Positions 16,325 through 32,158 of a stretch of 64,000 nucleotides of DNA are shown here, in pieces; the first letter of the stretch is position 1, and every line of letters starts with the position of its first letter. This DNA comes from Chrysomallon squamiferum (taxonomy: Eukaryota > Animalia > Mollusca): contig CM022668.1 of NCBI GenBank assembly GCA_012295275.1, forward strand, positions 9,920,001 through 9,984,000, given 5' to 3'. Made by a program: the position numbers and the translations under genes. A model generated the notes under the pieces. That model ran no database searches. It saw nothing but the letters and a program-made list of their open reading frames with translations, and was not told where the DNA came from.

Positions 16325-19300
16325 GAAGAAGAAGAAGAAGAAGAAAGAAGAAGAAGAAGAGCAGCAACAACCACAACAATAACAGTAATTATAATGAATA
16401 TGATGATAGCAGCAGTAATAATAACAAGAACAGTAACTGTAATAATAATATTAACAATAGTAATAACATGAAGAATAGCAAAACCCTAACAAACCTATGA
16501 TGTTACAAAACTGCTGACTCTTCAGTTTAGATAGTGACTTTTAAATTAGTCTGTAGTGAATAAAAAAAAAAACAGAGATAAAACTTAATGTTTCCTGTTG
16601 TCCTAGTCCATCCCAGATAGCTAAATATAGCAAGTTAATTTTTAATGTTCTCCATGTGTTTGCACCTGACGACTTCACTGTAAGCGTTCTTGTCATGTAT
16701 TGTTAATTTGTTACGCTCAGCATTTCATTTAATTTCAGTTATCTGATATTTATTAAATTTTAGCCTTGTCTGTCCACGTATATAGACATGCACCTGATTA
16801 TCTGTACTTCTTTATGTCCTTCATGCATTCAAAGATCCAGGCATCCATCTTTCTGTCCATCCACCCACCCAGTTTATCCAGTTCTTCTGTCACTTTGTCT
16901 TTCAGTCCACTCATAATAAACACACACACACACACATATGCAAAGACAACAAATACATACATGAATTGAAACACACATACATGCACACACACATACGAAC
17001 ATGCATGCAGAGAGAAGTGTGAATACACAAGCATACATAAAAGTCCATACAGTCTACCGTACATGAAAAAGTGCATTTATCATTTTCATGTTGCCTGGCA
17101 GCCACCGATTAGATAATATGCTAATGAGCTGAGGAATGGGTAGGGTAAGGTATTTTTATGTTCTTTAATTTCTTTACATAACTGGTCACCAGGTAATCAT
17201 ATATTTTGTTTTCGATGCCATAAACATGCCATATTTGACATAGACATGACATGCATGATTTCAACTGTGCATGTTATCATATTTGTTTTCCAGTTTAGTT
17301 TAGGTTTTGCTCATAGTTTTTGTTTTTGAAACCTGCTATAGATTTGTCTTGACAAGACTGCAGTAGTTTGTGAAAAAAAAAGTCAGTGAAAATGATAGCT
17401 GTAAAACGAGGTTCAGATTTTGAACACTTTCGTGATGCATGATAGGTCTCCAGATCAGTTCTACCCACTGCAGCCATTGTAGTTATTTCCCAATCCAATC
17501 AGCTGTATGAATTAAAGACCCATGCTACATGTGGCAAGGTTTAGATATCTTATCCATTGCTACTAATTTGTGCAGAGTGGTTAACAGTATGGCAGCAACC
17601 ATTGGAAGAGTGGAATAAAGTTTTAAAAAGAAAGAAAATAATAATAAAGGAAGAAGAAGAAAGAAACAAGAAAGAAAAACAAGACTGATAGAAAAACCAA
17701 ATTAGAATATCTTGTGTGTAATTACATTAAAAGCTGAAATAAAGTTAATGTATTTTACATTATGAGATACACTAACACTGGACATGTAACTGTTTTGCAG
17801 TATCTTGTATGACATGTTAAAAACAGGCTGTCACTGTGGTCAGTTTAACTGGGTGTTTGCATACAATGAGATTGTTTGAGGTTTCACAGGCAAACTCTAA
17901 AGTGTGTTTCTCCGTTTGGTTAGAAAATTTGGAATCAGTTTAACAACAGAACTTGTAACCTGTCTTTGTTAGGTTAATTGTAATTTTAATATTTAAATTT
18001 GATTTGTTAATTTTTCTTCTGTTTTTTTTTTTATATATATTTTTTTGTTGTATATTACAGTATATTGTGAAATTGTAACTATTAGTATAAAAATGAAACA
18101 ACAATATCCAAAGAAACAAAGTAAATAAATAATAATAACAACAAAAAAAAATTGCATTTTAATTCTTCTAATATTGATTAAAGTCTAGAAAATACTTATT
18201 CCACCTGACCTTAATAGAACAATAGTAATAAAAATGAGAAAAGCAAATATTTTATTTATTTATTTCTAGTCATTTTGATTTCAATCTATAAAATACTTAT
18301 TCCACTTTACCTTTATAAACTGCTGGTAAATTCACTGTAGATAATTTTAGTACTCTTCCATGTTCCTTTTGTCAGCTTTGGAAAATAATTTATTATAATA
18401 AATAGCTTTCAGCTAAGGTTAATTTATTTTCATTCTTTATGTACATATGTCAAAAAAAATATAATAAGAAAAAAAAAAAATTAAAAAATCAAGAAACAAA
18501 AGAAAATAAAAAATAGAAAAATAAAAATAAGGGAGTGGATTATAATGTCTTTTAGAGGCATTTTAAAATGTTATTCAGGTAAAAGAAAAAGAAATAAAAG
18601 AAAAAAAACATTGACAGGTACACATTTGTCAATTGACTATACACAGAAATTGATGACCGTTGACAACAGCATTTTCCATACAACTCATATCAGAGTAATT
18701 TAAAAAGCATGAACCCCAGTTGACACAAAGCATGAGGGGCAGGTTATTCATTGTGAATGGAATCCTGAACCGTTTAATATCTGGGTGTTTTGGAACAGCA
18801 AGTACCGCAAATTGCAGATCTGCCTGTCAGCTGATAAATGGAAGAATGAGAGATCTTGCTGGTCCCTTTGTGAAACGTTTTTCTCCGGAACAAATGTTGT
18901 GAAAACTGATCTCATTATACAATTTTAGTGGATTTTGTTTTCTTGTTTTGTAAGATTTGTTTTGTTATGTCTAAGTTAAGTGTTTTGCTTATGTGTAATA
19001 TTTATAGTGTTGTTAGCAAAAAAAAAAAAAAAAAAATAAAATAAATCATATATATATCTAAGATAAAAAAAAAAAAAAAAAAAAAAAAAAATAATAAACT
19101 GTAGTTAAATGGAATGAAATAAAATAATGAAATAAGAACAATTAAAACAAAACAAAAACAAACAAAAAAACCCCAAGAATTCAACAAAATTAAATGTTGA
19201 AATAATTATTAACCAAAATTAAACAGTAAGTACATAAAAAAAGAAGAAAAAAAGTATTAAAGTATAGCCCCCAAAAATAAAATAAAGAAATAAATGAAAA

Positions 19301-19356
19301 AATAAGAAAGAAAGAAAAAAAATTACACTGTAGTTCCTATTATCTTGTAGGTGAGA

Positions 19357-19394
<38 letters not shown>

Positions 19395-19398
19395 TATA

Positions 19399-19439
<41 letters not shown>

Positions 19440-21532
19440 AAAGAAAAAGAAAGAAGGAAAATAAATTAAAGGTGATAAAACACTAGTTACACCTGTGTTT
19501 TTCTACTTAGCTGAATTTGTGTTATTTCATTCAGATCAATAAAAGTGTTATGGAACAGTTATTCTCAACACAAAAATGTGTGTATATATCTAATTAAATA
19601 CCTGTTAGATACAGATCATTGATACAGTGTATGCAGTGTTTATATACATATAAACACCTTTATTTTAGTTATATATCAAGATAGAATGTATGTATATTTA
19701 ATATAATGATAATAATCTGATTAAATTAGCCATGATTATCAGAACAGGTGTCATATAGAAAAAAAAAAAAGTATTTCTTGGAAAAGAAAACAGTAAATAA
19801 ATGACTGACAATTAAAAATACTTAAAATTAATTACAAAAAAAAAAAAAAAAAAAAAAAAAAAAGAAAATATAGTCACTATAAAGTTTTCTACATGAATAG
19901 TGCTACTCTTGGATGTAGTACAACTAGATATGAACTGGTCATCTCACTAGACAATAGTTTATATCAACAAACAGTGACATAAAGTAAATATCAGTCAGGC
20001 ATATAAAGGTGAAGAATATATGGCTAGTCTCTGAGTATGTCTGTACACATGTCTTTGTCCTGTTTTCTCTCTGTAAAAATATATTTTTAATCTATAATTT
20101 TCAATTTGTGTATTTTTCACCGACTTTCTCTCTTTATGTTCATTTTCCATCTGTGTCTATATTTATATCTCTTTATCTCTGTCTGTCTCTCCATGTTACC
20201 CTTTAACTCTTGTCTCCCTCTTTCCCTCCTTCCTCTCTTCCTCCATCCCTCTCTCTCTCTCTCTCTCTCAGTATATTATAAAGAGACAGACACACCATAC
20301 ATAAAATGTACATCTATTGTTACAAACACAATGAAGTTCATTCAACTGACTATGATACAGTTTGTACCTATATATCTCTATGACAATTTTGTACTAAATA
20401 ACCTTTGGTGTCTGTGTGGGGCTCATGGCCATACCCTGCTGATTACTTTTTCAGCATTTGACCTTTACAGTCCACTGACCCCCTCTTGTTACTACAGCAA
20501 CAGCCTATGTTAGGAGACCACCTGATATTATGCCAGCAATTACAGAAAATTATAACCTTTCTTTTGAGACCTCCTCAATTTTCATGTAAATTCTGTAATA
20601 TTAAATTGAATAAAGCAATAACTTGTTTTAGCAAACCTAGTCATTTACAGTAGATAACTAGAAAAATGGTTGCTGAAATTAAGAAATAGTTTTCTATGGA
20701 GTTGTAATTTTTAATTAGTTAAGGTATTCATTTAGTACTTTTTCAAACATGATACTTTGTTTTAGTGATATAATCTGTGTTATTTTTATCACTACTTTTT
20801 ATGGTTTGATATGTAAATAATGTACATTAAAGTATACTAAGTCTAGTTTTCGTATTTTCAGCACTCCATTTTTATTTAAATATGTAGTTAATCTATATTA
20901 AAATGAACCTGATTAGTTAGTATTTCTTACTACTACTTTTTAAATTTAAAAATGTAAATCAATCTGCCTTATAATATCCTATGTCTAGTTACACTTTTTA
21001 CCACAACTTTTTATTTCAATATGTAAATACTCTATAACAGAACATAATATGACTTGTTAATATTTTTTACCACTGGTTCTGTTCCAGCATTAATGTAATC
21101 TACTACATGTTAGGCTGTGGTTAGTCAGAAGGGAATGTTTTGAGAGAAAAGTGTGTTTTACAGTCTATCTATAAGATAATGTATCAGTGAACCAGGGAAA
21201 TCTGTGCACACCTGGTGAATTTAAAACTGAGAATCTTCTAACTAACATGTCTGCTGCAAAACAAACAGCAGTGTTACATTCACTCTCATTCTGCACTGTG
21301 GTGTATACATACATGTAGCTGTTCATTATTATACTGTGTGTGTGCATGTGCAGAAACGAGCACTCAAAGCATGCATGCACGCGCACACACACACTCAGTC
21401 TAGAGCCTATGTATGGGTGGTGTATAAATATATATATAAAATAACTATAGACACTTTGTGCTCATATTTACATATTCACAAAGAGACAAACTCTGAAAAC
21501 ATGTGGTTGACACATTCATTACATAGCCCACA

Positions 21533-21571
<39 letters not shown>

Positions 21572-22867
21572 TATATACATATGTACATATACCTATACAC
21601 ACATGTATTTTCTTTCTTACATAGTAATACACTCTAACAGGTACACCATACATTGATACTTACTTACAGATAAACATACCCACCCCACACATGCATAACC
21701 TGGGGTATATTAGTACCTGCATGTATCAGATATCTACACAGTTGTATTTATTTCTAAATGCAGCACATTTGGGAAGTGAACTTTTATTTGTTTTGTTTCT
21801 TCCTCTCCCAGTCATTGAATGCTGGGAAATTGAATATTGTCTTTCGCCTGATAGTGTGAGGATAAACCGCAAGCAGCTTGTTGACTTGTGCATGATATAA
21901 AACAAAGCGTGTGTGTATAGAAAACAGCATCATATTGTCTAGACAACTGATGATTCATGTCTTGATGGGAGTTGTAGGAAATATTGAATTATATGATTCT
22001 CTGATCTGACATTCCAGTACAGCTCATTGTTGTTTCAGGAATCCTGATAACAGATGTGCAGATGTAGTGGAGAGTGTGTGTGTATATGCATATGTAAATA
22101 CATAAGAATCCAGTATCTTGGCAATTAAAAACCAAAAAGAAGACCTTTATTGGAAAAGGATTCCTTTTTTTTTTTTTTTCATATCTATCTCCATCTCATT
22201 TCTTTTGTTCTCTTCTTTTTTCTTGCACTTTATCTCTCCTCAGTTTTTTCTTTCTTTTCTCTTTCATTAACTCATTCAGTTTATGTATCTCTTGACTCTC
22301 CCTCATTCATACTTTCATTTTTCTGTCATTCTTTTGTCTCTCTACTCTTAGTTTGCCATGTCCCTCCCTCTCATTTTCATTCTCTCCCTAATTCTTTTTT
22401 TTCTTGACCTCTGTCAGTTTTCTCTTTCCATCCCTATTATTTTATTTCCTCTCTCTCTGTCTATCTCTCTCTCTCTGACTCTATGTCTCTCTGTCTGTCT
22501 GTGTCTGTCTGTCTGTCTGTCTGTTTTTCTGCTCATACCATCATGCCTCTGATATTTTATCCTTTCCATATAGAGTCTCTCTCACTGCACTGGAATGGGA
22601 GAAACACATTCATCTTGACTTAGTCTGATTTGCTGGTGTTTAGACCTGACATTAACATTCCAGTGGTAGATTGTTTTACTTTCTACATGCACACAGCCAT
22701 GTTACCTTGACAACTGCAGAAAGAACAATATGGTTTCTGTCTTTCTGACATGTTTTTAGTTGTGAGTTCAAGTCAGTGCATTTCCTGTTGTTCAAGAGTT
22801 TAACATACTGGGAATGATTTACACATCAATGTTTTAGCATGTAATTTTAGTAAGAAATTAAGTAATT

Positions 22868-23270
<403 letters not shown>

Positions 23271-23720
23271 TGATTGTATGTGACTAATAAAACCAGTCTC
23301 TATCACACAGAGTGACATGAAACACAAATGCCAGGCACACATCCGTTCTCACACCCAGTCAGTGAGTTGTTTAATACAAAACATGACCAGTCTGAATTCT
23401 ACCTTTTGTTCTCCTCCATAACCGTTAACATCTGACTGACCACAGTGGACATACCTTCTTGTTCTTTATAGTTAGAGTAGTTCATCATTATTTTTTTCTT
23501 TAGAGAGACTCAGAGAGAGTTAAAATTTTAATATTTTTTCTGATATAATAAGGAGATGAAGAATATTATTTAAGAAAATAATGTAAAAATAGAGTCATGT
23601 ACAATGTAATAGTTTCACAAATATTGTTATACAGTGTCATGTGTGTCAAAGATTGTTACACAATGTAATGTGTATTTTAAACATTGCTATACAATCTAGT
23701 GTGGGTCATAAACATTGCCA

Positions 23721-23890
23721 TACAGTGTAATATATGCCATCATAAATATTGTGATACAGTGTAATATATGCCATCATAAATATTGTGATACAGTGTAATA
23801 TATGCCATCATAAACATTGTGATACAGTGTAATATATGCCATCATAAACATTGTGATACAGTGTAATATATGCCATCATAAACACTGTTA
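23721..23890. repeat. 34-bp minisatellite, 5 copies plus degenerate upstream copies
   Basis: tacagtgtaatatatgccatcataaa(t/c)attgtga. Confidence 0.92.
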
Positions 23891-24323
23891 TTCAGCATAA
23901 TGTAGACTCAATAAATATTATCCAGGAATTTTACAGTAACTATTATGCATTAATTTATTTTCCTTCAGCTCCTCCTCCATATTATTAAACTACATTTCCT
24001 TTTTTTTTTTTTTTTTCATTACATTAACATTAGTATCAGTAAGAAGTATTATGATTTAAAACTGTTAATCACTTTGTTTGTAAGCTACATTTCCTTGCCA
24101 AAAACACTTACAAACCTGCTGTTTTGCACTGTCAGAGGAATTTGAATGTTACATAAAAGTTATTACTTATCATTATTTTTAACAAGTTAATTCAATTGAT
24201 TACCTGCTAACCTAACTATGCCCCCATTACTTTAACTGATTTATTGGAAAGCTCTTGTTCTGGTGATATTAATGAAAATCTTTTGAAGTGTTTTTAACAG
24301 TTACCTCATATTCTGATGCCAAG

Positions 24324-24360
<37 letters not shown>

Positions 24361-24396
24361 TGTAGAAAAAGAAATAAAAAGAGAAATGGCTGGGTA

Positions 24397-24416
24397 TGGC
24401 CAGACAGGTGGCGCTG
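24397..24416 (+). promoter_or_regulatory. CTCF-like motif
   Basis: TGGCCAGACAGGTGGCGCTG; 3' core CAGGTGGCGCT fits, 5' part imperfect; CpG retained in a CpG-poor background. Confidence 0.3.
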
Positions 24417-25385
24417 TAAATGTCACAGGATGTTCTGTTCACCTCCCACGCAGGAAGTACTGCCAGCATACACACAGCTTGTGATGCACGCACCAGACAG
24501 ATAGCAGAACTGAAAGGAGTAAAAAGAAATGTTTCAGTTTGTTTAGACTGGTGTTCTGATCCTTAGCGAACTGCATGAAATCAATCAAGTCTAAATAAAT
24601 AAATCTCAACATACATAAACCTGTCAAAGGATAAAACAAAGGCCGAATATATTTCTGTATGAAATGGGTGGATCTGTCTTTTAATCATGCCATGTAATTT
24701 TAGAAAGGGGTGGGGTAGAGGTAGATAGACTGTTCTTACTAAGTTACTGTTACATTTCAGAATACCTTTTAAAGAAATCTATTTAGTTTTTTTGCAACTG
24801 TTATGTATCTAGCACACAGCTATCTCTTCTTTTATTTTTGTCAGACACTGGCTTTTCTTTTTCTTCTTATTATCATTTTTAAATTTAAATTTTTAAATTA
24901 TTCAATAATAATAATAATAATACTTTTTTTAATTTTTGTTCTCTTCCTCTGTTTTCTCTTTGTTTTTTCTTTGATCTGTTCATTTTTTTTTGTGTGTTTT
25001 TATTCATTCATTTGCTTTGCCTCTTTACTCAAAACATTTATTTTTTCCTTGAATGAAGCCAAGAAATGTCTTCAAGCATGTCCAGAAGTTGTGATCTCCT
25101 TCGCTGAACTAGTCTGTAAAAGTACTTACTTAGATGCCTGTGTTTCTGTTTGTGCTGAAGCATGGTGGAAAATAACACAGACACACCCACTGACAGGCAG
25201 CCTAATTGAAGAACAGACAGCAATTTACAAATTTTACACTTGAACCTGAACAGCAACAGTGGAATGTTAGTATCGTCCAGCACTTACTTGTTGTTCCAAC
25301 CTTGTGATGTGGAAAACAGTATTTTGAAATTTCTTCATAATTTCCTTGATGACTTGTGCAGTTAATTTATTAAAAGAGAGATGGA

Positions 25386-25466
<81 letters not shown>

Positions 25467-26694
25467 AAGAAGAATAATAGTAAAAATATTAATAATAATA
25501 ATAGCAATCACAACAGTAACAACAATAATAATAAAAGTAGTAACAAATAAATAAATAAATAAATGAAAAGAAACAAAAATATAATTTTCATTTAGGAAAA
25601 AAAGAAAAGAAAAACGAGGTTCATTGATAATTTGAAATTATTTTCTGTTACTTTGGCTGAACCAATACAGGTTTTCACATTTATAAACATCTGTTGAGAA
25701 TGTAGCCTTTTACTTTTAAGCAGAATTATTTGTGGTATTTGGAATTTTCCTCTCTCACTTTGTTTTTTTGCCATTGTTTACATAAATCAGCAAATTATTG
25801 CACAGGAATGTGGCCTAACTATCTGGTTCAAAATGATAAAGCTTAGAACATAAACAAAATGTGGTTTTGAACAAGCTCAGCTTTATAGTTGAACTCCTTA
25901 ATATTGGAAAGATGAAAAATGTAGAAAAATTTCAATAATAATGATGAAGAAAAAGATAATACATGATGATTATGATCATGATGATGATAATGATATAACA
26001 GTAATACATAAATCAATAATGATAATTCAGCAAAAATGTATAAATAATAATGCTGATGAAGAAAATTATGTGATACTACTACTTACTACCTCTACTGATA
26101 ATAATAATTCTAAACACAACAAAGAACAACAGCAAAAATAAAGAAGAGTTTTGTAATGCAAAGAAGATAAATGAGTTTCACAGACTTGTAGTGTTGCTAT
26201 TAACAAGTGTAATAACATGTTTTATTGAATGTTCGTGCACCTTTCATTCTTATACAAAGCTAAATATGGACAGCTCAGCTAGTACATTCTTTATTTATCT
26301 ATAATTAGAGACTGTTCATACAACAGTTTATACATAATAACTGTAGCTTTATTTTTTTATTGCCAACAATTTTGTTTTACACAGAAGACTTTGATGCTTC
26401 TGATAAATGTATTTGTTGTTCATTGAACTAAGAAAACAAATAATTTAAAGCCTGTAATGAAATAAAAAAAATTAAAATAAAAAAAATGAAAAAGATAAAA
26501 TGATCTGAAAGGTTGTCGTGTAATATGTAATTATGTACAGATAGATGTGTTTTTGAATTTCGTAATTATATCTGTTTACTAGTACAGAAGTGGTGGTTGT
26601 TTAAGCAAGTGTAATATGTTTTAACATTATCAGGTTTCTTCTCTAGTATTAAAATGTAATTAAGTTTTTTGTAACACAAAAGTATAAATCAGTT

Positions 26695-26770
<76 letters not shown>

Positions 26771-29160
26771 CAAAAATCTTAAAAATACAGTCTTTCTTTG
26801 TTATATCCGACACCATTGTAAATACCTCCGTCAGTACTTAACAGTCATTTTCTCAACTCTCGTTTAAACATCACACATACATTCTACTAATAAAACACAA
26901 AAATTTATAGCTTTTCTTCCGAGTTTCCCATGTACCGGTCAAAAGTCCTGACATGTAATTAATGATGCAGGACCAACTCAGATAATAGTAAAAGCCACAT
27001 GCTTCTCTTGGACACGCCACGCCTACATCACAACCAGAGCAATTTCAGCTTTCCAAGATCTCGCTGAGGTTGTTCACGAGGTTAGAAAGGTTTCTATAAA
27101 GTTTTTTTTTTTTTCAAAAGAGTCAAGTCTTCTGTACTTAAATTCCTGAAAACTGGTTCTCCTTTGATGTCAGTTGGAGAGTCCAGTTTGATGATGGCAA
27201 AGTTTCTCTCCAAGCAGATGTTCGTTCTTCTTCTGAACATTATCTCAGTGTATGCCATGGGGTGCACTATCTGTCTGTCCTATGCCTCAGGCTGCTTTAT
27301 CCAGTCTGTGTTGTTGAAACCGGTGTGGGGAAGACTTGATTTGCTAAAAGATGAAGAAAAGATAGAACAGGTGCAACACAAGATTTGTGATCTTGTTTGT
27401 CTGTTGCAGGTGATAACAAGACATGTCAAATGCAGATCAGATTAAAAACAACACATGTAGGATGGAGGGATAGGATTTTGTTTTTAAGAAGGAAAAATGT
27501 TTGTGTGTGTATTAAATAGGAAAAGCAAAGTGTCATATAAGTATAACTGTTGTAAGTATTCCAAATGGATATATCGTTAAATTCACAATAAAGGTTTTTA
27601 TAGCAAATATATGGCACTTTAAAAGCAACAACAATAAAAATAAAAACACCCATGCACATCCACATCTACAGACAAACACCATATAAAGACACACACACAC
27701 ACACACACATAATAAACAAAAAAAAATAAACATACTAAATAAATAAATAATAAAGAGAAAACCTTTATATAAATAATAATAATAATAATAATAACAAAAA
27801 GAAGAAAAAATATACAACAGAAATTATAATAATAATAAAAATAATAATAACCATCCATAAACTTATCCAGAAAAATGATTTTTGCAGAACTAAACACATA
27901 CACACACACACACAAATATAAAAATACAAAAAAACCCAACAAAACAACAACATTATATTGACATAAAAGTAAATAACTAAATAACTAAATAAATAAAAAG
28001 AAGAAAAGAAAAAAACTCTAAATATATTTTAAACGCAGTTCCAGTGGCTGTATTACTACTCTATTCATGACAGCTGTATGAAAGTGGAAGTGGGCACCAC
28101 TACTTCCTGTCTGATGATGTCAGTGGAGTGGGGTGATGTGACAGCCAATAAGCTTCATGTGCACAATGTCTGTGCTGTTGCTACAGCTTGAGTGCCGTGG
28201 TAGTGGTCCCACTACACGATGTTGCATCATTCACTTTCAAAAGATTTCCATGTCACTACAACCTCATTCAAAATTCTTTATTTTTTTAAAATTTTCGGAA
28301 AAGATATATAACCAGTAAACTTAGGCAGCCATTTCTTGCCAAGTAAATTCTTTGTCTTGTTTAGAATTTCTTATCTGCATCAGTTATTAATTATGTTAAA
28401 TTTCATTACATTCATATATTAATTACATTAAATGTCAGTACATTCATAGATTATTTTATAATAATTGATTTAAATAATTTTGTCCTACCATACATTCAGT
28501 GCTTATTGTCAAATTTATACATATGTACACGAAATAATTTAATGCAAATATTAACAAAGAATATATATTTATTCACAGTTTTTTTTTTTTTTTTATTTAC
28601 TAACTTGTTCATACAAATGTATTCACACAAATACATCCAGAGGTATAGAGATAAATCCAGAGAAAAATATTCTTCACAACTTTTCACATAAATTAATTCA
28701 CACACATTCACACATTGTGTTGAAACCATCATGTTGTAAATGTCTGATCATCAGCCTTTTGACAGCTGACTTATCTCCCTTATCTCTGAGTTATCTCCCC
28801 TGTCTGTCGGCTGTTGTAACTTAAATTACTTTGATGTGTTGAAATTTCTTTTATCACCAAATTCCTGCACAGACTGACCAGGCAATTTGTCATGTGGGAA
28901 TTAGACCCCCCCCACCTCTCCCTCTAGCTCTGGTATCTCCAAACTGACCATCTGGTCTCTTAAAGAGGTTTCACATCTGGCTACTAAACTGACCATTCCT
29001 TCTGACTGCTTCTATAGGAAGACACCTGCAAGTTCTGAATGTGTGTGGTTATTTTTATTTTTTATTTTTGTATTCATGTAACACTATAACTTTCCATCAG
29101 TCCATCCGTCTGGGTTACATCTTAGGTCCATCTTCCATTCATCCATACTCCCATCTTGCT

Positions 29161-29270
29161 TTCCATCCATCCATCCATCCATCCATCCATCCATCCATCC
29201 ATCCATCCATCTATCTATCCATCCATCCATCCATCCATCCATCCATCTATCTATCTATCCATCCATCCAT
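29161..29270. repeat. (CCAT/CTAT)n microsatellite
   Basis: Direct read. Confidence 0.93.
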
Positions 29271-31718
29271 CTTTCTGTCTGTTGTCTATCCATATTCATC
29301 TTTCCATCCAAATTTTTCAAATAATGATTTATTTTACGTTATACAGCAGATATTTATTTATATTATCACCAGGGGTTTGGGTTGGGGCAGGGAAATGATT
29401 TGATGTAACTGTCTTATGACTAACAACAATTTGCCCACATGCACTGTGTTTATGTTTTAAACACTGACACCAGGAAGACTTGAAGTATGAACACAGACTT
29501 TGAACATTGATACGCAGTCTCTTGACACGCCAACACACACTTTGACACTGAGTGTCTAGATAGAATCAGATAATCGTCTTCTGCTTTATCAGCGTGAAGT
29601 GTCTGATACAAGTCGTCTGTCACTCAGAGCTAGAACGTTTGTTTACATGCAAGATGACGTGTTTTAATATTACTGGGTATCGAATATTATTATTATTATT
29701 ATTTTTGTTTTGTTGTTATTATTATTATTTTTGTTTTGTTGTTATTATTATTATCTTTGTTTTGTTGTTATTATTATTATTTTTGTTTTGTTGTTATTAC
29801 TATTATTTTTGTTTTGTTTTTGTTGTTGCATAATTGTGGTATGGAATATGAAACCTATCATTTCCTTTGTTATGATTATGAGAAGCAATGGATCTTTTAA
29901 ATGTACAGGAAAATACTTGTAAACAGACAGACAGACAAACAGACAGACCACAGATACACACACTCACCTAAACATGTAAACATTATACATGCACACAAAC
30001 ATACATACATGAACAGACAAACATACACATGCACATATGCTGTTTGTCTCTCTCTTTCACACACACACACAAACACACACACACACACGCACACATGCAT
30101 AAATAGACATATAATCAAATACACACACACAAAATTATAATCTATTTTTTCATCTGTATATGACTATGACTATGACTATGACTAATATAGTTGGATATAT
30201 CAGATGTTGTTGTACGCCTACGACTAAAACAAAACAATGGCTGCATAAATCGTATATGTGTTTCTCAGAATAAGTTATAATTAAAACTAAAACGTTTGAC
30301 ATAATATCTGACTTGGGTTAACATTCTCAGTATGTTAGCTGTTAACAAATACATTTGTAGAGAAATCTCGATTTAACAGTAAATTGAAACATGTGTCAGA
30401 CTATTGCAGGAAATTTGTGGGCAGCAGTGAATAAAGAGAAAAAGAAAATATTTTATTTTATTTCTAAAATATTAAAAAAAAATTTACATTGAGATTGATA
30501 GGAATATTTTTGAAATGAAAATTGTTATATAATTATTATCAATTGTTTCCGTAATATTATCATTAATTTGTTCATTCACTAGTTTTTATTCACAAGGTTA
30601 TTCATTCTTGTTACTATTATTCTGTATGTATGTATATATACTTAAATTCATACCTACAAATATATATATATAATTTGTGTCTGCATGTACATATGTATGT
30701 TTGTAGGTATAAATTTAACATATTTTTCTTTTTGTTACATACATATATATGTATTCTTCTTCTGCTTTCTTTCAGTTTTAAAATGATATATTTCAACTTC
30801 AAGGTTTCTGTATGTTACTAATTTTGCATGTCAGATACATACATCTATTGTTACCAGTAAATTAAAACCATATTTCACATGTGGCAGGTTATATAAATGT
30901 ACACACTGATGGAAACGTATATTAAATTTTGTGGTTTCCTCTCTACAAGTTGCTTCAATAACTTTTTTGTTTAAACAGTTTTTAAAAACTGCAACCTGTG
31001 CAGATGTGTTTGCATAACTTCATTCATCCATTCATACATCTGTATCTATCTGTCAACCCCTCCAGTCATCTATCCCTCTTTCCCTCCATCCATTGTTTTC
31101 CACCCATCCTTTTATCCATCTATCCCTTTGTCCAGCCATCCATCTATTCATCCAATCATCTGTCCATCCATCCAACCAACCAACCAACCATCCATCAATC
31201 TATATGTAATTCAGTCTTTTATAATTTTATCTATTGGAAAGTTATCTATCTATTCAGTTATCCATGTACCCATTTACATTGTAAAGGAAATTCCTTTCTA
31301 GACTGATACAGTGTTCTTGATTAAGTATAAATGGCAGAATTTGTTTTCCATCCAACTATCCTTACATTAACAGTGTCTGGAGAAAAAATAAAAACAAACA
31401 AACAGCAGCAGCAACAACAACAACAAAAAAAAATCTTTTCTTCCTGGATTAATGAAATGTACTTTAAGTATAATTGTAGATTTGTGTTTTTGTGGTGTTG
31501 ATCTTTTGACCTGGTAACAGTGTGTCCGTGTAAAAGTTGCAAGTGTACCATGCTGTTCAGTCATAGTTTAACTTTAAGTCAAGTTTTTCTGTTTGATCTC
31601 TGTGTGTGCCTCTTGTATGGTTGTTAATTTGCCAACTCCATTTAATTAGAACACTTTGAAATCACGGAAATTAAAACTTTACTTTTATTTCAAGGGCACA
31701 GCACTTTGTGTGACTGAC

Positions 31719-31750
<32 letters not shown>

Positions 31751-32070
31751 CATGCATGCATACTGTATATCTGTTAATGTTGTAGCGGTATGTGTTGTGT
31801 CAGTGTGTATTTTGTTTCTTGTATGTGTTGTGTGTGTGTTCATGTGCTGAGTCTGTTTAACTAGTGTGTAGGCTAGTGTGTTTCTGACAGAGTAACATAA
31901 AGAATCATAACATGAGAGAAAAAGAATGAAAGAGACTGAATAATAGAAAGAGAAAGAGTGGCATAGAATGAAACAGAGTAAGATAAAACAAAAAAGATAT
32001 TAAGGAAAAGATAGAAAATACAGAAAAATGGAAAGAAACAGACAAGCTGCAGATAGAAAGAAATGAAAAC

Positions 32071-32158
<88 letters not shown>

